From Candidatus Versatilivorator sp. (GTDB lineage Bacteria; Acidobacteriota; Terriglobia; Versatilivoradales; Versatilivoraceae): DNA of 64,000 nucleotides. Below are positions 15,585 to 22,794 of this stretch, in pieces. Each line of letters begins with the position of its first letter. Position 1 is the stretch's first letter. The notes below the pieces were generated by a model. The model worked only from the letters and a program-made list of their open reading frames with translations, was not told the DNA's origin and searched no databases. The DNA lies in the NCBI GenBank assembly GCA_965204005.1, contig OZ241970.1, forward strand, positions 4,805,109 to 4,869,108, written 5' to 3'. Made by a program: the position numbers and the translations under genes.

Positions 15585-18092
15585 ATGACCGAAAGAACGG
15601 CCGCCGACACAGCGGTGGCGCCGCTCAATGGCAACTTGCCGCGGCACTGTCAGAAAGACGTCGATTCCCTGCGTCGATTCGTTCACGAAACCGTCAGCCG
15701 GGAAGCGCCGGCGGCCGCCGTTTCGCCCAGTGATTTCAAGGAGGTATTCCTGACCGGGGCGACCGGATTCATCGGTCGTTTCTTCCTGCGCGACCTCTTG
15801 AGACAGGACCCCGAGCTCCTGGTGCACTGCATCGTCCGGGCCAAGAGTGTCGATCACGGTTTCGGGCGCATACGCGCCGCCTTCGAGCGGGCCGGCATCT
15901 GGGACGAATCCTTCGCGCCGCGCATATGCGTCGCAGTCGGTGACGTCGCCGAGACGCGATTCGGCCTGGGCGAAGCGGATTTCGATGCCCTGTGCCGGCG
16001 GGTCGACGCCGCCTATCATCTTGCGGCCTCCATAGATCTTGTGTCGTCCTATCTCGCCATACGCAAGGTCAATACGTTCAGCCTTCGCAACGTGCTCGAA
16101 TTGTGTTTGCGCCAACGCTTCAAGCACCTGTTCTACGCCTCGACCATGGGTGTGTTCCCCCAGTATTTCTGCAGCTTCGCACATGAATTCAAGAACAGCC
16201 GCATCGACCACCAGATGCAGCCGGACCTCGAAAGCATGAAGAGAATGTTCCCGCTTGGGATGCTCGGCTACCCCTGGAGCAAGCTGACATCCGAGCAGGT
16301 GCTCCTGTTCGCGCAACAGGCCGGTATGCCGCTGGGGATTTTCAGGTTGCCGCAAACCGGCATGTCCAGCTCGGGATATACGCCGGAGCACGATCTCAGC
16401 GTGCGCCTGTTTGCCGCGGTGGTCGATGCCAAGACGTTGCCCCAGGAATTCACCTTTCGATCCAGCAACGAAGCCGTCGATGCGCTGAGCGAAGCCTGTA
16501 CGGCCATTTCCCTGAATCCCCGACGTCGTTTCACGATCTACCATTGCTGCAACCCGCAGTTGGATCATTACGACCTGGAACCGGCCGATTTCGGGCTCTA
16601 TTGGCCCGAGGTTCCCTACGAGGCGTTCAAGCGCGCCTGCCAGGCGCGCGGTGAAAATTCCCCGCTCCATGGCCGCTGGGCCGTGTTCGATCACTTGGGG
16701 AAATACTGGTTCAGCAGGAACAAGCCGAAGGACAGGCTGCCCATTTGCGACCGCGCCATCCGCGAGGACGGCTTGCGCCCGATCAAGTGGATGGGCATGT
16801 TGAGCAAGCTGAGACGCTCGGGGCAGTGGGTCAGGGACCATCGGGAAGACTGGCCGCATCAGATTCCGCAAACCCGCCTGGACTTCGACTGCCTGACCGC
16901 CCGGGCCGAGCGCTACGCCGAGGAGGAGGGCGTCCCCTTCGACTCGGCCTGTCCGGAGTGGATGCGTCAGGGCCTGCAGCAACTGGTCGGAGCTTTGAAT
17001 TCGCCGGATGCGCGGCTGTTGGAGGACAAGGTTGGCGACGTCGTCTTTGAAATGAACCGTTTCTTGCGCAACAACGCACGGTTGGCCCGCGAACGGGGGC
17101 AGCACCCCGAGATCGAACGGGAGCAGACCCTCCGGCCGGTCTTCATCGTCGGCATCAACCGCACCGGCACGACCTACCTGCACCGGCTGATGTCGCGCGA
17201 CAGGCGGTTCTGGACGTTGCGGCTGTACGAGTACGCCGAGCCGGTCCTCTCGACAGAGGAGTACGCCACGGTTGCGGGCACGCCCGACGACCCTCGCCGA
17301 TTGCGAACCGAGGAAGGGCTGCGAGCATCCGACATCTTCAAGGTCCTGGAGGGGGTTCACGATTTCAACGTCGACGAACCGGAAGAGGAATTCCCGATTT
17401 TCAGGATGGCATTCTCGGCATGGGTCTCTACCTCTCGATTCCATGTGCCGGAATATGGCCGGTGGCTGGACGCGAACGGCTGCGGAGAGGCTTACGCCTT
17501 CTTTCGCCGCACCCTGCAGCATTTCGCCTGGCAGCGGCGTCAGCGTGAGCCCGGGCGCCAGGGCCAGTGGTTGCTCAAGATGCCCTTTCACCTCATGGAA
17601 ATGGAAACCCTCATCCAGACCTGCCCGGACGCCCTGTTCATCCAGACCCACCGCGAGCCCTCGCAGTTCATGGGATCCTGGAACAGCCTGGTGGAGCGGG
17701 TACGCTCCCTTTGCAGCGAGCCCCTGCCGCCGCATGAGTTCGGCCGCGAGCAGTTGTCCTTCATGAGCGGCATGGTGGGCAGGGCCGTTCAGTTCCGGGA
17801 AAGCCGTCCCGAACTGGAGCACCGCTGGATGGACGTGAACTACGTCGATCTGGTCGAGGATCCCATGGCGGTCGTCCAGGCCATCTATGAGCGGTTCAAC
17901 TGGCCGCTCAATCAAGGGGCGATCAACGCCATGGAGGACTGGCTGTTCCGGCAGGCGGAGCGCCGCCGCGGCGAGCCGCGGCATCGCTACGACCTGGGGG
18001 ACTACGGCCTGACGCCAGAGGACGTCAACGCCGCCTTTGCGGGTTATCGCGACTTTCTGACTCGCAGGGCCATTCGGAAACCCGGCCCGTAG
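15585..18092 (+). CDS. Fusion protein: N-terminal thioester/acyl reductase (NAD_binding_4-like SDR) plus C-terminal PAPS-type sulfotransferase
   Basis: Reductase half: FLTGATGFIGRFFLRDLL (about 15752) and YPWSK (YxxxK). Sulfotransferase half: PVFIVGINRTGTTYLHRLM (5'-PSB-like loop, about 17158) and IQTHREPSQFMGS (3'-PB-like). GGAGG RBS upstream. Confidence 0.8.
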   Translation: MTERTAADTAVAPLNGNLPRHCQKDVDSLRRFVHETVSREAPAAAVSPSDFKEVFLTGATGFIGRFFLRDLLRQDPELLVHCIVRAKSVDHGFGRIRAAFERAGIWDESFAPRICVAVGDVAETRFGLGEADFDALCRRVDAAYHLAASIDLVSSYLAIRKVNTFSLRNVLELCLRQRFKHLFYASTMGVFPQYFCSFAHEFKNSRIDHQMQPDLESMKRMFPLGMLGYPWSKLTSEQVLLFAQQAGMPLGIFRLPQTGMSSSGYTPEHDLSVRLFAAVVDAKTLPQEFTFRSSNEAVDALSEACTAISLNPRRRFTIYHCCNPQLDHYDLEPADFGLYWPEVPYEAFKRACQARGENSPLHGRWAVFDHLGKYWFSRNKPKDRLPICDRAIREDGLRPIKWMGMLSKLRRSGQWVRDHREDWPHQIPQTRLDFDCLTARAERYAEEEGVPFDSACPEWMRQGLQQLVGALNSPDARLLEDKVGDVVFEMNRFLRNNARLARERGQHPEIEREQTLRPVFIVGINRTGTTYLHRLMSRDRRFWTLRLYEYAEPVLSTEEYATVAGTPDDPRRLRTEEGLRASDIFKVLEGVHDFNVDEPEEEFPIFRMAFSAWVSTSRFHVPEYGRWLDANGCGEAYAFFRRTLQHFAWQRRQREPGRQGQWLLKMPFHLMEMETLIQTCPDALFIQTHREPSQFMGSWNSLVERVRSLCSEPLPPHEFGREQLSFMSGMVGRAVQFRESRPELEHRWMDVNYVDLVEDPMAVVQAIYERFNWPLNQGAINAMEDWLFRQAERRRGEPRHRYDLGDYGLTPEDVNAAFAGYRDFLTRRAIRKPGP

Positions 18093-18321
18093 TTCTGCCG
18101 AGCCCCAATGGCTGGCGGGGTCGCCGGGTGAAAGAAGGGAACCTCTGGCTTGTGTCGATAGATCAGTCTGGCGGGCTGCAGGTTGCGCCGGGCAAGTCCC
18201 CGCCGGCCATTCGGGCCGAACCGCAAGCAGGATCCCCGGACAGCCTGGTGCAAGCCGGGCCACGGAATTCCACTCGGATCTTCATCCTGGCGGACGATCC
18301 CCCCCGTGGCCGCTATGGCCG

Positions 18322-18972
18322 TCATTTTTCCGATTTTGCGACGACCTTTTCGAGCACTGCTTCGGCGGATTTGAACATCTCCGTCAGAAGCTGCTTGCGC
18401 CGGGTCTTCAGGCGCTCAATATACATCCACAGGGCATTGGTGATGCCGGCAACGACCGCCTCCCGTGTGTTGAGCGAAAGGGTACGGTCGTTCTGGTACT
18501 CGTATTTCTCAATGGTGAAGTTGGCGATGTGCTGGATGTTCTCTCCGATGACATCGAAATCGACAGAGTCACGCATCGGAATGGTAGCGGATGCTTCTGC
18601 TGCTCCCTCACCCCCGCCGACGTCGGCCTTCCCGGTGATGGCTTCGATGGCCGCACTCTGCGAATCGTAAATCGACATGATTCCATGAAAGCCGCTGACG
18701 GTGACAATTTCGCGGATCGAATCGGAGAGGTTGCAGATACCGAAGGCCTTGCCTTCCGGGTTGAATTTCTTGGCGATGATCAGGCAGACGCGAAGGCCTG
18801 CGCTGCTGATGTAGCCCAATTGCCCGAAGTCCAGGATCATGGCCCGTTCATCGGGATCGATTCCGGCTTCCAAGACATTCTGGACTTCAATGTAGTTGTT
18901 CCCGTCGATACGACCGATCGGCGCAGCGATCAGAATGCCTTCTCTACGGCTCCACTTGACTTGGGCTGGCAT
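18322..18972 (-). CDS. STAS-domain protein (anti-sigma-antagonist fold) with an uncharacterised C-terminal extension of about 100 aa
   Basis: IDGNNYIEVQNVLEAGI...MILDFGQLGYISSAGLRVCLIIAKK...FGICNLSDSIREIVTVSGF is a typical STAS/SpoIIAA pattern. An AAGGAG RBS precedes the ATG. Confidence 0.7.
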   Translation of the reverse strand: MPAQVKWSRREGILIAAPIGRIDGNNYIEVQNVLEAGIDPDERAMILDFGQLGYISSAGLRVCLIIAKKFNPEGKAFGICNLSDSIREIVTVSGFHGIMSIYDSQSAAIEAITGKADVGGGEGAAEASATIPMRDSVDFDVIGENIQHIANFTIEKYEYQNDRTLSLNTREAVVAGITNALWMYIERLKTRRKQLLTEMFKSAEAVLEKVVAKSEK

Positions 18973-19156
18973 GGCGTTACTCCTTTCAGGTCAGACATCC
19001 GGAAAAAACCTGTCCATCATAGCATGATACGTGGCGGATGCGGTCGTATTGGGTTGCCGTACGGTGTGTTTCTGTAGACACCGCGAAGTTTGTTCACGGA
19101 ATTGCAACAGCCCGAGGTCGCCACTTGAGCCGGATTGAAAAACGTGAGCGAGGACG

Positions 19157-20785
19157 ATGCCATTGAACCCGGACTCGAATCTCCGGACGAGAGCCGCCAC
19201 CGATCCATCGGCGGCGGGAGGCTCCCTGCAACTTTCCGGAAGACAGCTTTTGCTGGCCATGACCGGCGTGATGACGGCCATGTTTCTGGCAGCCGTGAGT
19301 CAGATCAATATCGCCACCGCAATGCCTCGCATCCTGGCCGACCTGGGCGGGTTCGACCGCTACGCCTGGGCTTCGACCGCATACCTGGTTGCCTCCACCA
19401 TTGCGATTCCCATCGCGGGCAGATTGGCCGATCTGTTCGGACGCAGGCTGTTCTTCATCCTGGGCCTGGCGATCTTCATGATCGGCTCGATCGCGGCGGG
19501 TTTGAGCCAGTCCATGAACCAGCTCATCGCTTCCCGCGCCATCATGGGCATCGGTGGCGGCACTCTCATGACCAACAGTATCGCCGCCGTGGCAGACCTG
19601 TTCCCAGCGGGAGAACGGGGCAGGTACATGGGGTTGATCGGTCTTGTCTTCGGCCTGTCTTCGGTGATCGGGCCGCCGGTGGCCGGTTTGATCACCGACA
19701 CCTTGTCCTGGAACTGGGTCTTTCTGATGAATGTTCCGGCCGGAATCCCGGTGTTGCTGTTGATCGTTCGGGCTTTCCCCGGGATCGCTCCCGCTGGCGG
19801 GAAGCGCAGGCTGGACACCCCGGGAATGGCCACCCTGACACTGGCGGTGGCCTGCCTGATGATCGCGCTCTCCCTCGGAGGCGTTCACTACCGGTGGAGT
19901 TCGCTTCAGGTCAGCGGACTCCTGGGTTTCGGATTGGCAATGGCCGTGATTTTCCTGGTGATCGAGTCCAGGTCCGACTCTCCCATCATGCCCCTGGAAA
20001 TTTACAGAAACCGGGCGGTGGCGGTTTCCGTGATGGTCACCCTGCTGACCGGGTTCGGATTGCACAGCACGGCGCTCTTGATCCTGCTCTACTTCCAGGG
20101 GGTGGCGGGCTCAACCGCGACCGGCAGCGGCGGCCTGCTGACCCCCATGATGCTTGCTATGGTATTCGGGGCCATCGTGTCCGGGAGACGGCTCTCCGGA
20201 ATCGGGGGAAACTACCGGAGGCAGGCCCTGATTTCCTCGGGAGCCATGGCAGTGGGCATCTTTCTCCTCTCCACCATGAACGAGAATACGAGTCTTGCCC
20301 GGGCGGTGGCCTACGTTTCGCTTGCGGGGCTGGGACTGGGCGGCGCCATGTCCACCTCCAACCTGGCCGTCCAGAACTCGGTCCCCCTCCGGCTGGTTGG
20401 CAGCGCCACCGCCGCGATTCAGTTCTCCAGGTTGTTCAGCGGCACGCTGGGTCTGGCCGTGTTGGGGGTCGTGTTGGCGGTGAGCTTCTCATCCAGGTTG
20501 GAGGAAACCCTCCCGGAATCCGTCAGTGCCGGGCTTGCCCGAGGGCAGTTCGAGGCCGTCAGGCAGAACCCGCGGGCGCTTGTCGATCCCTCGGCGATCG
20601 AGGCGCTGAGAACCGGCTTCGAGGAGAGGGGGCTGGACGGCACTCAGATGGCGGACAAGTTGCTCGGCGCACTCAGGTCGGCGCTGGTCGGGGGATTGGG
20701 AGATGCCTTCACGCTGAGCGCGCTGGTGGTGGCGCTTTCGTTCCTCGCCGCACTGTTCCTGAGAGTCGAGAAGCGGAGAGGCTGA
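19157..20785 (+). CDS. MFS transporter, DHA2 (EmrB/QacA-like, 14-TMS type) drug:H+ antiporter family
   Basis: GRLADLFGRRLFFILGLAIFMIGSIAAG and FPAGERGRYMGL are motifs typical of DHA2 exporters. The 542-aa protein is hydrophobic throughout. Confidence 0.85.
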   Translation: MPLNPDSNLRTRAATDPSAAGGSLQLSGRQLLLAMTGVMTAMFLAAVSQINIATAMPRILADLGGFDRYAWASTAYLVASTIAIPIAGRLADLFGRRLFFILGLAIFMIGSIAAGLSQSMNQLIASRAIMGIGGGTLMTNSIAAVADLFPAGERGRYMGLIGLVFGLSSVIGPPVAGLITDTLSWNWVFLMNVPAGIPVLLLIVRAFPGIAPAGGKRRLDTPGMATLTLAVACLMIALSLGGVHYRWSSLQVSGLLGFGLAMAVIFLVIESRSDSPIMPLEIYRNRAVAVSVMVTLLTGFGLHSTALLILLYFQGVAGSTATGSGGLLTPMMLAMVFGAIVSGRRLSGIGGNYRRQALISSGAMAVGIFLLSTMNENTSLARAVAYVSLAGLGLGGAMSTSNLAVQNSVPLRLVGSATAAIQFSRLFSGTLGLAVLGVVLAVSFSSRLEETLPESVSAGLARGQFEAVRQNPRALVDPSAIEALRTGFEERGLDGTQMADKLLGALRSALVGGLGDAFTLSALVVALSFLAALFLRVEKRRG

Positions 20786-20820
20786 CGGCCCTTTTCTCCG
20801 CAGGGAACGGGGGATAAGGA

Positions 20821-20847
20821 TGCGGGCGGGACGCCCGCGCTCCCGGG
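20821..20847. repeat. Short copy of the GCGGGC-loop-GCCCGC hairpin motif, also present in the 40754 and 41059 repeats
   Basis: tgcgggcgggacgcccgcgctcccggg lies between the convergent MFS and ankyrin genes. Confidence 0.6.
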
Positions 20848-20934
20848 GGGCGACGCGCGGCCACGCCGGGTCGCTTCATGACCAACTCGAATGCCTGCAG
20901 GCGAGCGTCCAGCCTGTCATCGCCCCCGAACTCC

Positions 20935-21627
20935 TCAGTTGGACGACTCGAACTGCGCCACGTGAAGGCGGATATAGGTCCTGGTTCCCTTGAGCGCCTC
21001 GTTGGCCTGGGCCAGGTCCCAGGGCGTCTTGCCCTCGGCATTCCGAGCATTGGCGTCGGCTCCGGCCTCCAGCAGCAGGTCGATCACGGCTGGAACCCTG
21101 CCGCTTGCAGCGGACTGATGCAGGGGTGTGCGGCCGGCATTATCCCGGGCCTCCAGGTTCGCCCCGGCCTCGATCAGCACCCTCGTCACTGCCGGGTTCG
21201 GGTTTGCCCGGGCGGCATCGTGCAGTGGCGTGTTGCCGGACTTGTTGCGCACGTTCGGATCGGCTCCGGCGGCAAGTAGCGCCTCGATGACCGCCGGATT
21301 CCGGTTGCCCCAGGCCGCCAATACCAGCGGGGAATTGCCGTTCCTGCTCCGGGCATCCGGTTTTGCTCCAGCCGCCAGCAGCGTTTTGACCACCGCAGGA
21401 TTCCTGCTGTTCCAGGCCGCGAAGTGCAGAGGCGTGCGGCCGTTTTCCGTCTGGGCTCCGACGTCGGCGCCGGCATCCAGACAGGAGGTTACCTCCTCGA
21501 CGGTTGCTTTCAGGAAATACTCCCGCGTGTTCCACTGTTCGCAGGCCGGGTCCGGCTGAGCTGCAAGAGTGGAAGCAAGCAGCAACAGCGCAACCCGGCT
21601 ACCGCCAGAAATGAGCTTGAATGTCAT
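20935..21627 (-). CDS. Secreted ankyrin-repeat protein
   Basis: Start moved to the ATG at 21627, which has an AGGAGG RBS 8 nt upstream. The signal-like N-terminus is MTFKLISGGSRVALLLLASTLAAQ. It has 5-6 ANK repeats (GRTPLHFAAW..., GNSPLVLAAW..., GNTPLHDAAR..., GRTPLHQSAA..., GKTPWDLA). Confidence 0.8.
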   Translation of the reverse strand: MTFKLISGGSRVALLLLASTLAAQPDPACEQWNTREYFLKATVEEVTSCLDAGADVGAQTENGRTPLHFAAWNSRNPAVVKTLLAAGAKPDARSRNGNSPLVLAAWGNRNPAVIEALLAAGADPNVRNKSGNTPLHDAARANPNPAVTRVLIEAGANLEARDNAGRTPLHQSAASGRVPAVIDLLLEAGADANARNAEGKTPWDLAQANEALKGTRTYIRLHVAQFESSN

Positions 21628-21815
21628 GGCATTACCCCTCCTGTAAAATACTGCTGGTAAGGAAGTTGATCCGTTCCAACCGGGAAAGCCAGCGCTCACG
21701 CAGTCTACCACCAAACCGCCGGAGTTTGAAGGCATCCGGCAATCCTTGGAGAAATTTGGGGCGTGATGGATCTTAGTGGGTGTACGGCTTAATCGCGATG
21801 CGGTAAACTACGGGC

Positions 21816-22793
21816 ATGAAAAAACCGCATTGTCATTCAATGGTTATCCCCTTGCTTCTCTCCCTGGTCTCTCCGGCCCTGGCTGCCGAGGATACTTGCG
21901 CAGACCGCTCCATCGTGGCCGGCGCCGTCCGGACGTTGCAGGACGCCAAGACTCTGACGCAGTGCGCCTACGAGTTTGTCCAGGAGGTGGGCTTCGAGGA
22001 GGCCCGCAGGGCCTTCAACGAGGAGGAGCGCTGGAAGAGCGGCCCGACCTATGTCTTCGTCTCCGAAGTCACGCCGTTGAGCGACCAGGCCCGGCTGTTC
22101 GTCTTTCCGCCGGCCCGGGAAAGGGAAGGGGGCTCTCTGGGCCTGCTGATCGATGTCTACGGCAACGACTACTACAAGGAACAGCACCGCATCGCCAGCG
22201 GGTTCGGCGAGGGCTTCATCTATTACTCCTTCCTCAACCCGGAGACAGGCAGGGACGAGCCCAAGGCCACCTACATCAAGAGCATCGACTGGGAGGGGAA
22301 CTCGGCAGCGATCGGGGTGGGGGTCTACCGGCGCGACCTGCCCGGCACCTGCCGGAGCGAGGAGGTCAGCGCCTCCATGCTCGACTCGGAGCCTTCCGAG
22401 GCGCGGCTGCAGGAGTTCGTCCGCTGCGCCGCCATGGCGCTGGATTCCATGGGGTATTTCGCCTCGGTGAGCCTGGCCAACGACCCCCGCTGGCGCAGCG
22501 GCTCCATCTACCTGTTCGGACTGGACACCTACGGCTACACCTTCTTCAGCGGCTCTCCGATGGATTCCCGGATCGGTTCGGAGCTGTCCTCCGACACCAT
22601 CGGGGGCTTCGGGGGCCGGAATGTTCTGGGGGTAGCCGATGCCTTCGGCGAGTCCTTCCTCTACTACTCCAACCGGAATCCGGCCACCGGCCAGTGGCAA
22701 CGCAAAGTAACCTTCGTCAAGAGGGTCACCTCCTTCGGGGTTCCGGTGCTGATCGGCGCAGGCTATTACCTGGATTCAAGCCAACCGGAATAA
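21816..22793 (+). CDS. Secreted protein with two tandem Cache-like (sCache_2-type) sensor domains and no output domain
   Basis: Signal peptide MKKPHCHSMVIPLLLSLVSPALA. Two repeats of the pattern YVFV/YLFG...G...GEGFIYYSFLNPETG...K.TYIK...IGVGVY and GESFLYYSNRNPATGQWQRKVTFVK...IGAGYY. Confidence 0.55.
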   Translation: MKKPHCHSMVIPLLLSLVSPALAAEDTCADRSIVAGAVRTLQDAKTLTQCAYEFVQEVGFEEARRAFNEEERWKSGPTYVFVSEVTPLSDQARLFVFPPAREREGGSLGLLIDVYGNDYYKEQHRIASGFGEGFIYYSFLNPETGRDEPKATYIKSIDWEGNSAAIGVGVYRRDLPGTCRSEEVSASMLDSEPSEARLQEFVRCAAMALDSMGYFASVSLANDPRWRSGSIYLFGLDTYGYTFFSGSPMDSRIGSELSSDTIGGFGGRNVLGVADAFGESFLYYSNRNPATGQWQRKVTFVKRVTSFGVPVLIGAGYYLDSSQPE

Positions 22794-22794
22794 C

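Noticed and set aside
15519-18263. 914-aa minus-strand ORF opposite the reductase-sulfotransferase gene.
   Set aside because: No recognisable motifs, and a shadow-ORF composition. The plus-strand frame has NAD-binding, YxxxK and PAPS-binding motifs and an RBS.
19135-20817. 560-aa plus-strand ORF in an alternative frame to the MFS transporter, and the minus-strand ORF 19094-20065.
   Set aside because: The frame starting at 19157 gives a hydrophobic multi-TM protein with DHA2 motifs. The alternatives are Arg/Gly/Pro-rich.
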